Shown here piece by piece: positions 13,176-25,593 of a stretch of DNA of 64,000 bases. Position 1 is the first letter of the stretch. Each line of letters opens with the position of its first letter. Both the position numbers and the translations under genes were made by a program. The notes beneath the pieces are model-generated. The model was not told the DNA's origin. It ran no database searches and was given only the letters and a program-made list of their open reading frames with translations. The DNA comes from Felis catus (lineage: Eukaryota). Location: NCBI RefSeq assembly GCF_018350175.1, contig NC_058368.1, positions 146,508,001 through 146,572,000 on the forward strand, given 5' to 3'.

Positions 13176-14669
13176 ATTTGGGCCTGCTCTCAAAGAGTGA
13201 AGTATATGGAAGGGAGTTGACATTGGGGCCCAAAATCAGTATCTGAAAAACTATCATATCAAGGAGTGGTAGCGTAAGTGTCATAAAGAAAAGAACAAAA
13301 AGTTTATGGTTGAAGACCCATAGAAAATTAAAAAAAAAATCCTGTTGGGAGGCTAAGAGAAATCAGTAGGGTTGAGGAACGTATGCTGTGAATGAAACTG
13401 TATGCCAGATCAGAGGAGAGTGCAGAAGGTCCTGGGGGTAGGGGCTTGGGGTTACTGTTCAAGTTTGTAATTGTGAATCATCAGAATGAAGGAAACAAGT
13501 TAGAAGGCTTTCCAGGAGGAATGTTGGCCAGGTGGATTTAGAATATGAAGCTAAGTTTTGTAATAAAGATATAACAAGAATTGTGCTCCACATTTCAGAC
13601 TGGCACTTCCACGGGAAGATATATACTGCCAGAAATCTTCAGGTCGTGAGGTCCTTCTTAGACATCTGGGATTGAGAAAGGAGAACGAGTCAGTGGGTCC
13701 CTTGACAGATACTTTGCAGAAGCAGCCAACCCTCATCCCTTTGTGTCTCTCAGTCTTACACTTAGTATAATTTATAGAATCCATTTTTAATAAAATTAAA
13801 TTAAATAGGTGACCTCGAAATTCATGAAAGACCTCATGAATTTACCTATACATCAGCAAATTAAAAAAAAAATAAGTAGTTAACACATTTGGTAAGGGAG
13901 AATGATAGTCACTATTTATCCATTTCTACCTATTGTTTGAATTAAAAATTTTCACTGGTGTTCTGAAAACTCCTGGTGAATGCTTTTCAAGAGGGCAGAT
14001 TTCATTTGCAAGTGTTCTGTGAGCAAGCCTGCTGTGATTTTCTCCATATATTAATAACTGGGAAAGGATACTTTGACACATACATGCCAAGAACTTCATG
14101 GTTGCTTCCTAACTGACCATCCGTCTCCTGTCCTAATTTCCACCTCTCTGATCTACTCCCCCAAAAACACACTCACCAGTGTACTTTGTACTTACTTTCT
14201 TCCTTTCAGTTATCCACATGTCATGTTATTCACCAACTGTTATTACTACTTTCTGATTTTCCTCTGTAATGTGAATTTTGTTGTTTATATGTTGATTTTT
14301 CTTCCCTCTTTTGGAGGTCCTTTGTCCTAAACTCTCATCTCAAAATCTCACAGAGAACTGTATTTTCTCAGTGAGGGTCTCTTTGTCCCTAAAAGTTCTT
14401 GATTCTTCAGGACAGGAGAGAGTGATTGGAGCCTACACCTATCTTGATAGTGGATGGTCTTATCAAGGGCAGGAGCAATTTTTGTGGCTACTGTTCCAGT
14501 AAGTGGAATATAGGCTAGACCTGAACTACTTACTTTTGGTTTAAAGACAGTCTCCAGCTTAATTACAATCTTAGAAATAACACAGCCAGTCAACTATATG
14601 TAGGTGGATTAGATAATTTTTTTGGAACCTGCTCATACAAGACCCTTCTAGGAATCTGTCATACTCTGC

Positions 14670-15165
14670 ATTCCTCTGAAGGGCTTGCATACAGGCAATT
14701 TATTTGGGAATATGATGCTAGGGAGCAGGAGTGCTAGACTGGAAGCACTTAGAAGGAAAGGAGGAAAAAAGAGTGCAAGGATGCCTTATCAAGGCAGCCC
14801 GCCCTGTGGGTGATATGCTCCACCCCACCAGGATGTTCTGAGGTACCTTCTGAAAGTCACCTCAGAACAATACATCTGGGGGCAAAAGGGAGAAGCATTT
14901 ATCCATGGGTTGCTGTTTCCCATTGGTCAAGAGTGGCCTGGAAGCATTGTTCCCACATACCTCACTTCGCCCCTGTTTAGTATGTAGCGGGGTCCCTGCA
15001 GGTGACCAAAGCTGCAGTCTCAGAGAAGCCCTGGACAGGAAACAAGAGGAGCACAGGTACTAATGTTACGTGCCTGAAGTAGAGCAAAGCCTGCCTGGAA
15101 CTGATTGCCAAAGAAATGGCTACTATTGAGGATTTTGAGGTGGTATACAAGGGGTGTCCAATATA
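14670..15165 (-). mobile_element. ERVL solo LTR, LTR16-like
   Basis: TTTATTTGGGAA..GAT and GCATTTATCCA..TTTCCCATTGGTCAAGAGTGGCC resemble reversed LTR16 motifs. Confidence 0.6.
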
Positions 15166-16090
15166 GAACCCATGTTTTATACACATGCCCCTGCTCCACG
15201 TCCCCAACCCTAGCCATAGCTGATTAGGCCAGGGAAAGAAATGTGACTCTCACTGCGTGGCTGAACTTGAGTTCCTGAAAAAGCCAATGTGTAAGTTGGC
15301 ACAGAGACTGACTGGAAGAAAGAGAAGGCTGCAGAGCACAATGGAGCAGAGGTGCCCTGTGACCCTTGAGGCTGATTGGGAGAGTAGCCGGTGCCTGGAG
15401 TAGATGCAGGTCATTCTGTAGTTCAGAGCCTGTTTCAGTGCAGACATATGTCTAAGCTTCACTGCTCCCTTTTCTGAGGACTTACCAGTGAAATGGTTCC
15501 ATAAAGCAAAGCAGAAAGTACCCAATTAAGAAGGAAATCAAATATATTCTCCATTGGACATTTTAATCAATTTTTATTATCTTCAGTTAACAAGCTGTCA
15601 CTAGTTAACTCTACCACTAATAGAACATTTCAGGAGAGTTTTCCTCTAGATTGGTATAGGCAAACTTGAATAAGAGGGGAAAGTAAAACCACTTTTATAA
15701 TTAAAATTTACATAATTTTCATAATAAAACTTTAAAATTCATTAAAATGCCATTATATATAGCTAAGATCTTACATTAGATGTGTCTTTAAAGTATTGAT
15801 GGATCTGAATGGTAGTATGAAATGTCTATGATCTTTGGCAACATAGGATAGTACTATAAATTTTACTTAGGAATGAATTTTAAGTGTAAGGTGTCACAAA
15901 GTTGCCATCATTGGTAGATTAATACCTATGCTAATCCTTTAAAGAATACAAAGCAATATATTTTTTTCTTGATTTTACCAAATAGTAAAAGGAACTCTAT
16001 CAAATTATAGTGTTTTTATGTGATGACAAGGGTTCCCTTTCTCTCTCTCTCTGCTCTCTCAATTATGATCTGATTGAAAACTTTGTGAGA

Positions 16091-16255
16091 GGGGTGCCTG
16101 GGTGGCTCAGTTGGTTAAGTGTCCTGCTTTTTGTCTCAGCTCAGGTCATGATCTCACAGTTCGTGAGTTCAAGCCCAACATAGGGCTCTGTGCTGACAGC
16201 GTGGAACCTGCTTGGAATTGTCTCTCCCTCTCTTTCTGCCCCTACCCCACTTGTG

Positions 16256-16297
<42 letters not shown>

Positions 16298-16340
16298 ATA
16301 AATACATAAACTTAAAAAAAAACTTACAAAAAGAAACAAA
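16091..16340 (+). mobile_element. Can-SINE with 13-bp TSD
   Basis: Head, (CT)n and A tail; TSD GAAAACTTTGTGA (16076-16088) / GAAGACTTTGTGA (16341-16353). Confidence 0.94.
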
Positions 16341-16589
16341 GAAGACTTTGTGAAACTTTTGGATCCCTATTAGGACAAGATGCTGGTAGTGATGATGGGA
16401 GAAATATGCTTTGTCATTGTGCTTTGCAAACATTTAGGGAGTTCATCTGAAATATTCCAGAGCCCCTGTTGAGTAATATTGGAAACAATCTTGCTTTGCT
16501 CCTTTGAGAGATATAATATAGTATATTTCTCTCAAGAACTATGTTTACAGAGAAGTAATTACATTACTATGGAAGATTAAATTATTGTC

Positions 16590-17012
16590 AGTAAATATTT
16601 ACTCTCCACTATCACTGCTCCATTGACTTGCTTTGGACTATAAAATGTGGATGAAATAAAAATATTCCAGTTTTTGTGCCCAGAAGTTAAGAAGCATTAT
16701 GTGTTTCTGCTTTTTCTTCTGGGAGCTTCTGATCTCTGCTGTGAGAGGAACATGCCCCAGGTAGCTGCAGCCCGTGCTGCCTGGGCCTCTGATGAGATCA
16801 TGGAGCAGAAATGAACTCAGTCCTAAACTGGAGTCGAGCTCACTACCCTGAAACCTTTAGAAGAGCGATCCATCTGAGCCCAATCCAGATAGGCTGAACT
16901 ACAGTCAACCATGCTGACCATGAGCGTGAGAACAATTGCTTACTACTCACAGCCACTAAGGTTTGCTGTAGTTTGTTATATCACGGTATTTTGACAATAG
17001 CTGACCAATATA
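16590..17012 (+). mobile_element. MaLR solo LTR, MLT1G/H-like
   Basis: GAACATGCCCCAGGTAGCTG and terminal AGCCACTAAGGTTTG..GTTTGTTA..CAATAGCTGACCAATA. Confidence 0.7.
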
Positions 17013-17159
17013 GTTACTCATATAGAACAACATACAGTGACAACTTTACATTTGTAGTAGCTGTTAATATGTATATGGCATAAAAATCTGGTGTCTTCTA
17101 ACTGGAATTTGATAATAGAATAAGTAGGAATTACAAGTGTGGATTTGGGGACAAGAGTA

Positions 17160-17320
17160 AGCCAAATTTCTACACTGCCAGCTGTTAACTATCTCACTCT
17201 GGGCAACATACTTATTTTCTCTGAACTTGTGTTTTCTCATCCATGCAATGGGAATTAAATAAGATAATGCAGATAAAGCACTTAACACAATGTCTGCTAC
17301 ACAGTAAGTAGAGCATGTAT
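17160..17320 (+). mobile_element. MIR SINE
   Basis: CTGGGCAACATACTTA..TCTCTGAAC..TTTTCTCATC..AAAGCACTTAACACAATGTCTG. Confidence 0.75.
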
Positions 17321-18869
17321 AGAAGCTGCACTATCAAATCAGCATAGAGTGGATCAGCACGTGGTTCTGTAAAGCCAGATGATCAGCTGCATTGACCCTC
17401 TCTCTGAGATTTATTAGCTCAAGCTCCCTATCCTTGCTCCTTTCTAAAGTCTTGCGCTTTTCCCGAGACTTTTACGAATTCTTGTGCAATTTATTTTCGT
17501 GGCCATTTCTGCTCTGAATTCCTGCTTCCACTGGGCTCTGAGTCTCACTTATGTTTTATAATAAAACTGATTTTCTTCTTTCTCTGCTCCATGCTAACTC
17601 AGCCATGAAACTTCCCTCCTTTCCTCTGAATTCCGTGACAAAAGCACTGAGAAATGTCTGTGTGTAGCAGAATTTGTGGAAGGTTTGGATCAGAGAGAGG
17701 TAGTTTACCTCAAAGAAAATGAGCGATTTATATTCCATTTTTGCTATAACTCTATTCTTTAAAGCCTTCTGGCTCTCCTACTGTATGAACTTTCCACTGG
17801 CAACTTGTCACCTTGAGAGTCCAGCTTCCTGCTATGACGTCCATCCCTTTGCTCTCATCTCCCTCTTTCCTCCGCTCTCAGCTTTCCCCCAATTGCTGTT
17901 ATTTTCTCGTAAAGAACTGTTTCTCTGTCTCTTTATTCTGATCATCCCATGTGTTTACCAGTAGTCATGCAACGTATCTCCATGTAACATTTTCCCTAGT
18001 GTTAAATGTTAAAATAATTCATTTATAAATGGCGGTGTCTATCCCTCACCATTTATGCAATGTCATGTTAAAAAGATGGCATGACTTCTAAGCAAAGCAA
18101 GATCTAATTGAATGTATTCACTTACCTAAAGAAATGATAATGACTATCAGGGGAGGCACATTTGCCACCAAAGTATAAAAAATGACGAACTCCAGAGGAA
18201 AACATTGTGTGTCTGTCTAAACATTGGAAGATAGTCCAAATGCTACCTAGGGAAAAGAAAAATCTATCCCAGAGCTTTAAATATGTTTATGTATTCACCC
18301 ATCCATTTATTTATTCATAATTTCCCTCAAATGATGAAATTGCAGCTCTTTACGGGCCACAATTGGTTATCTTTTATATGATTTGGAATCTCAAAGTGTA
18401 GTTACTTCTGACTTGGAGATAGATTTTCAGACTCAATAATATGTCATCCAAAGTCTATGCTTCTTTAACAAGAATTTTTCTGCAAGAATTATGACATTTG
18501 AGGAAGGTGAGAGAGGAAAGAAACTATATAATAAAACAAATCATAGTATTTTCTTGAGGAATTCTATATAAAATAATGCCTTTCCTGAAGAGCATTTTTA
18601 TCTTTGTTTGATTTTTCCATTGTAGCCCTAATCTGTCATATACGATATCAGTAACTTTCATAATTGCCTACATTTGGCAAATGTTACAAGTTTTTCAGAG
18701 ATAATAACTCAGTGTGTGTTTCACTGTCACTGTCCTTTGTGTCAGTAATCATTCATCTCAAGAATTTGAAATTCAGGCTGTGTGCAAGGACACCGGAATC
18801 TGCCCTGTGCCCTTGAGCTTACACACAATTCTCAACTATGTTTAGAAGAACACAAGTCCACATGTGTAT

Positions 18870-19310
18870 GTGTTTATTCAGTCATCGTGTGTTTGGTGAA
18901 CACTTTGTGCCAAGCACTCTGCCAGGCACTGGGGATATAAAGATGAGTAACACCATCTTGTCTCATGGTGCCTGGAAGTCTAGACTAAGGAAGGAGGCAG
19001 ACCTGTACACAATCAAATGTTTGGTAAGTGCTCTAAGAGAGGAGCCCCGGAAGTTCAGGGGGCACAAAAGAGAATCATCCTGCTCTGACTTTATTGGGAG
19101 AGTATAGGAAGAAGAGGTTATGGCCAAGGGAAACCCCAGAGAGGAGATGGATGAAGTTTGAGCTGAACTTCTGGGATGATTGGGGATTTGCCAGGTGGCT
19201 GAGATGCACTTTAGGGAAATGGGCGAGTGTGGCATCTTCAGTATTTTGTGGCTGGAGCGAAGGGAGGGGAAAAAGATGCAGTGAGAGCCTGAGAAGGCAG
19301 TGTAGGCTCC
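18870..19310 (-). mobile_element. L2 3' region
   Basis: TTTATTCAGTCA..GTGCCAAGCACTCTGCCAGGCACTGGGGATATAAAGATGA. Confidence 0.7.
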
Positions 19311-22092
19311 CCACTGATTATGTGAATGAACAACTATAGAATGATCTTAAGAGAAGAAAGGGAGTGACCTGATTCAGTTTGTGCTTTTGAAAGGGCAATC
19401 CGAAGGCCATCTAAGGGCACAACCACATGCACCCAGACGTCTCCCACTTCTTTGCAGGTTGTGTAACTCTCTGATGCTGTTCCCAGCCTGTCTGGAAAAC
19501 TGTCAAACTCTGCTTCAGACCAAGCAGTATCCACTGATTAAACCTTGCCAACAGTCTTTGCAAGTTGAGAGACTCCTGATGGTAGAGTGACACAACCAGC
19601 CCACAGCAGAGAGACCCCTTTCTAGTGCCCAGGCCTTGGGCTTTGATACAAGCAGGGGTGGTTTCATCATTTCCTTTAAGAGTGATCTCAGGGTTTTTTA
19701 ACCTTTAGTGGAATTGGCTTTCTTCCTTGAACATTCTCAGCCCTGCTTTGACATTCCCGTGTCCTGCAGAATGCTGCTTATATACACCTTTAGGGGAATT
19801 GCTGTTGCTGTCCTCTTTAATTCACTTCTGACACCTCTTTCTGGAGGCCGTAGGTGCGACTGTGCTGTTGGCAGCAATATCCACCTTTCTTTCCTAAAGC
19901 TTCAATACTTTATGCAAAGGTACCTATTCTGGATCCAGAACTTGTACAAGAAGGAGGGAGTAGAGTTCAATACACTGGTGCCATTCAATGGATGTTAAAT
20001 AACATAAAGCATCGTGAAAGACGGGCTTCAATCCTGAAAGGAGACATTGTGAACTAACCTTTTCTTCCTGGGGATTTTGATCCCAGGACAATTAAAAGGT
20101 ATAGAGTATCCTTTTCCTCAAAACAAAGTGGCAGAAATCACACTTTTTAAAAAATCAAATTACATTTTGTTTTCAAGTTTCAACAGAAAACTTGAGATTG
20201 TATTTTCCACTGTCTTTCTAGTAGACACACACATTGTTGGCCACTATTTCTCCACAGATTTCAGTGGGCAAGTGCATGAGGAGGCACTTTTTCCACCTTA
20301 CTGATGATTTTTGCAGTGACCGAACTTTATGAAAATATTTTACAAAATCTTCATGAGTCAATCTTCCAGTGCACTTGAAAATAATTAGGCTTGCTATCAC
20401 TTGCCTTCCTCTCCTTATCAGAGAAGCATTTGCAACCAGGCATTCTGTGAATGTGGCTAAATCGTATCATAGAATCATTGAGAATATCTTCAATATTAAA
20501 GTAATCACCATTGTCCCTGGAGCCCTGACACGGGTGCCAGCATCCCCACTCAGGATCCTCTATCAGACCTGTCTAGTAGCACAACCCGGCAGCCTCTCTT
20601 GATGAAGCAATGTGAGGTTTAGTCCTTATTTTATTCCATTTAATTAAAGAACAGCTGAAAAAATCCTGTCTTGCATTTTCAACACATGGTTCCAATTAGT
20701 GCCGCAGAGCAGGACCCTGAATTTGATAAAAGCACTGACGTGTACCTTTGGTGCCTGTACAATGTACTCTTTCATTTTACAAGGTGGCTGAAGTGCAGTT
20801 TTAAATATCTTTTTTAAATGTTAACAAAAACCCAGGGGTGTAAGCTTAGGAAAAAAGTGAGGAGAAGTGAACACAATTTTGTTTGAATTGCCTGCCATAG
20901 ACTTTTAGAACCTTGTATGCAGAAGACGCTTATGTGGGAAAATCTGCAGTGGGCATTTACAGGCTTGTATGCAAAAAGCATTATGGTTCATGAGACTTGC
21001 GCTCAGAGGCTATTAGATGGGAGATCCATCACCTCAGGAAATACCACTTACTGTACTGTAAATTTGCTTCATGTGACCAATCTGCTCGAGAGGTAATGGA
21101 AATCCCATTCCAGTAAATTTGTTTCAGACCAGGCTAAAACTGATAGGACATTTGCCTTCAGTGGGACTCTTTCTGGATAACTTCTGGAAGTTCATATGTT
21201 TTTAAATAGGAAAGTAAAACTTAGGTCCCAGAATCTGGAAATTAGATGTGGAAAAGCCTAATTTAGGTCATCACATCCCACCTCCTGCCAAAATAAAGGG
21301 AACTAGCAAGAGGAAAAAGTAAGATAAAACAAGTAAAATATTTTATGACTGCTTCACATGGTGTGTGTTCCGTGCCGTCCCAGAAACAGTGGAATGATTT
21401 TCCATTTCAGGTCATGGGAAAGCATGATGTCTTTAGTCCCAGAAGGGTGAGATACTTAAACTGCTGTAAGGCCCTTCATGAAGGTTAACAACAAACCTCT
21501 TTGTGCCTGGCTTTTATTTTCAGAGCTACCATTCCATTCTTGGCCCATAATTCACAAACTAGAGAAATGTGCCCATCAAGAACAAACTCACTACTAGTTG
21601 CGCTCAGAAATGTTACCCCAGAGTGCCAAGGTAAGAACAAAAATCTAAATAGGATAAAACTAAGTAAATTGATTCCGTATAACTGCAACTTAAGAAAAAT
21701 AGTCATTGAGATGGTCTTTCTGATGGCCTCAGTTCTGGAGACTATATCAACAGATTTACTGGGTGTCCTCCCTCAGTTCTCAGAACTATAAAACAACTTT
21801 CCACTTTTCTAGAAGGAGCTTCAAAGAGTCATTGAATGAAAACCAGTAGACAGATCACTCCTCAGCTTATGCCCTCTGTTGCTGTTGGTGCTGTGTCTTC
21901 ATCCCATGACTTGGAACTAACTATGGCATCTTTGATGATTTTTCTAAATAGGCTCACTAATTCTCACCGTGAGTTGACTTATACATAGGTGATTATTCTA
22001 CATCATGAATGAACCATTCTAGATTTAGAATGTGTCTAAATCTTCAAATCACAGTCTTAACTGTGCTATAGATATATTTCTTATCCTGTCTT

Positions 22093-22258
22093 TTTTTTTA
22101 ACGTAATTTATTGTCCAGTTGGCTTACATACAACACCCAGTGCTCATCCCAACAAGTGCCCTCCTCAATGACCATCACCCATTTTCCTCTCTCCCCTACT
22201 CACCCTCAGTTTGTTCTCTATATTTAAAAGTCTCTTGTGGTTTGCCTCCCTCCCTGTA
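22093..22258 (-). mobile_element. Very short carnivore/felid L1 3' end with TSD
   Basis: CAACACCCAGTGCTCATCCCAACAAGTGCCCTCCTCAATG; TSD ATCCTGTCTT (22083-22092 / 22259-22268). Confidence 0.9.
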
Positions 22259-22269
22259 ATCCTGTCTTG

Positions 22270-23340
22270 AAACCCGCTCCAGTAGCCATCATGTCCACCA
22301 CTCCACCAAAGAGTTCTTATCAAGTCACAAAGGATCTTCAAGTTGAGTTGCTAAAGTCATTGGTCATTTCTAGCCTCATCTTAGTCACACTGAAACACTG
22401 ATAACTTAACATACTTGATCTCTGATTCATTGTTGTCTCTTGGTTATCTTCCTATTCTACTGGCTATTCCTTATTTATGACTTTTTTGCTTCCTCCTAAT
22501 TTTCTCCGTCTCTATAAAGGGATCGGTACTCAGATCTCTTTTCTTTACATTATTGGCTAAGTGGTCTCATTTAGTCCATGACTTTAAGTAACTTTACATG
22601 ATGAAAAATGCCAACTGCCTCCTGGCCTCTCTTCTTGGATGTACAAATGACATGGTAACTCTAACATTAAATTCTTTATTGTCTCTTCAAACATACTTAT
22701 TTACCAACCTTTTCCATTTCATAAATAACAACTCTATTCAACCAGTTGCCCAGGCAAAAACTTTTGGAGACATCCTTGATTCATCTATTTCTCTCTAATC
22801 TCCAATTGTCATCTATAGTCCATAATCTCTAATCTCTAATTATAACGTACTAGCGATCTGCTCCCAGCTCCATTTCTGTGGCTTTACCTCCAGCCCTCCC
22901 CCCCCCCCTTTTTTTTTTTTTGCCCTATCCCTTTTCCAGCCACAGTCATGTCAGCACGGTGCCTTGAATGTGCTATTTCTCTGGCTGGAATGCTCTTCCC
23001 TTCAGATTAGCTACACAGTCACTCCCTTACTTTTTTCATGTTTCTATTCAGATTCCATGTTATTGGGGAGGCCTTCCCTGACCATCTTATGTAAAATAGC
23101 ACCCTTCTAGCATTACCTGCCACACCATTGTTTCCCTTGCTCTCATTCATCATTTTCCACATCAGTTTTCAGACCTGGCATATTATATGTGTTCATTTGT
23201 TTGTTGTCTGTCTCCTCTCACCCGACTACAAACACCGTTAGAAGAGGGACTTAGTCTCTTTTGTACTCCCCTATAATCTCCTTTGCCTAGAGTGCTGCTT
23301 TGTGCACAGTAGATACTTAATAGATTTTTCTGGGTTAATG
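22270..23340 (+). mobile_element. Degraded L2 LINE
   Basis: CCACCACTCCACCAAA..TCTTATCAAGTCAC, CAGTTGCCCAGGCAAAAAC, GGAATGCTCTTCCC, GAGGCCTTCCCTGACC. Confidence 0.75.
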
Positions 23341-23580
23341 ATTTAAATTTTTATCACGGTAACTATAAGAGCAATAAGGCATGGGAAGTTTTGTTGATTA
23401 GGCCCACTGACTTGTTACTAGAACAAACCCTCTACTGAATCTGACATGAAAGCTTGGTCTAAATTATATCAGACTCTCTTAGCATTTATAGTGTTCAAGA
23501 GTTTACATTTCTATGTACAAATCATATGTCTAAGTCCCAACAATGTTAAGGCTCAAAATGAGATCATATTAATTTTACTA

Positions 23581-24200
23581 TTTTTTTCTGAGTTTTTTTT
23601 ATTTATTTTTGACAAACTTTGTGTATATTGAAGGTGTACAGTATAATGTGTTTTTTTATAATACATTGTTTGATATATGTGTGTACTGTGAAATGATCAC
23701 CACAATCAAACTAACCAACTTATTTATCACCTCCCATAGTTAGACTCTTTTGTGTGTGTATGGTGAAGACATTTAAGATCTACTCTCTTAGCAAATTTCA
23801 GGTCTACAAAACATTACTGATACAGTCCCCGTGCTGTATGTTAGATCTCTAGAACTCCTTCATCTTGTAATTGAAAGTTTGTGCCCTTTGATCAGTATTT
23901 CCCCTTTTCCTCCATCCCTCTGCTTCTGATAACCATTATTCCACTCTGTGTTACTATAAGTTTGACTTTTTTTTTTAAGATTGAACATTTAATTGAAATC
24001 ATATGATATTTATCTTTCTGTATCTGGCTTATTTTACTTAACATAATGTACTCCAGTTTCATACATATTATTGCATATGGCAGGATTTCCTTCTTTTTAA
24101 AGGCTGAATAATAGTCCATTGTGTATTTATACCACATTTTGGTTATTCATTCAACTCATCTCTCTATCTTGGCTGCTGTGAATAATAATGCTGCAATGAA
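23581..24200 (-). mobile_element. L1 (L1MA-type) 3' segment, non-inverted part of a 5'-inverted insertion
   Basis: T-rich tail on the left; ORF 23892-24137(-) resembles ORF2 end (MWYKYTMDYYSAFKK..ISQIQKDKYHM). Confidence 0.9.
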
Positions 24201-25034
24201 CTAATTTTTGACAAAGGAACCAAGAATACTCCATAAGAAAAGGATAGTCTCTTCAATAAATGGTCTTAGAAAAACTGGATTGCCACATGCAAAACAATGA
24301 AATGGGATCCTTTGTCTTACACCATACCTAAAAATCAACTCAACATGAATTAAAGACTTAAATGTAAGCCCTAAAACCATAAAACTCCTAGAAGAAAACA
24401 TAAGGGTCAGCTCCTTGACATTGGTCTTGGAAATGATTTTTTGGAATTGACACCAAAGCACAGGCAACAAAAGCAAAAATAAATAAATGAGACTACAGTA
24501 AAATTTGAAAGTTCCTGCACAACAAAGGAAACCATCAACAACATACAAAGGCAACCTATGGAATGGGAGAAAATATTTGCAAATCACATATCTAATAAGG
24601 AATTAATATCCAAGATATATAAGAATTTTATACACCTCAATACCAGAACAACAAATAACTCGATTTTAAAATGTGAAAAGGACCTGAATAGACATTTTTT
24701 CAAGAAGACATGCAAATGCTCAACAAGTGTATGAAGAGGTAGTTGACATCACTAATCATCAGAAAAATGAAAATCAAAACCATAATGAGATATCACCTCA
24801 TACTTCTTAGATTGGCTATCACCAAAAAGTCCAAAGATAATAGGTATTGGTGAGGATATGGAGAAAAGGAAACTTTTGCACACTGTTGGTGAAAATGTCC
24901 ATTATGGAAAATAATGTGGAAGTTCCTCAAAAAATTATAAATAGAACTACCATGTGACCCAGCTATCCCACTTCTGGGTATATATTGAAAGGAAAAGAAA
25001 TCATTATTCTGAAAAGATATTTACACTCGCATGT
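24201..25034 (+). mobile_element. Inverted ORF2 segment of the same L1
   Basis: TTTGACAAAGG..GATAGTCTCTTCAATAAATGG through ..TACCATGTGACCCAGC..CACTCGCATGTT. Confidence 0.9.
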
Positions 25035-25359
25035 TTTTATTAACTTTATATATCCAAAACAAAGACCTGAGTCTTCACTCCATATGACTGTTGAGTTCTC
25101 TCTGCAAGTGGGTCTTGGTCATTGTTTATCATTTCAGCCAAGCATCTGGCTTAGAGCTTGGGTCTCTGCTCCTTTTGTGGGCCACTGCTCACTCCTTTAT
25201 CTCCCTGGAATAGGTTTCTTTAAGCTGCTGCTGCTCCACTGAACTGCTTCCCAAAGTGGGGCAGCAAGCCTTCTTTGATTCTCTGCAGCACAAGAGACCA
25301 AGCTTATTTACTTTTAATAAAACCATATCAAGCTCTACACTGACCTCCATATTGCTAAG

Positions 25360-25593
25360 CTTTTTTTTAATAGGAAATTTATTGTCAAATTGGTTTCCAT
25401 ACAACACCCAGTGCTCATCCCAACAGGTACGCTCCTCAATGCCCATCACCCACCCCCCCTTCCCACCCACCCCCAATCAACCCTCAGTTTATTCTCAGTT
25501 TTTAAGAGTCTCTTATGGTTTGGCTTCCTCCCTCGCTAACTTTTTTTTTCCTTCCCCTCCCCCATGGTCTTGTGTTAAGTTTCTCAGGATCCA
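25360..25593 (-). mobile_element. Felid L1 3' UTR fragment with 12-bp TSD
   Basis: Reverse-complement match to 9370-9590; TSD CATATTGCTAAG (25348-25359 / 25594-25605). Confidence 0.93.
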
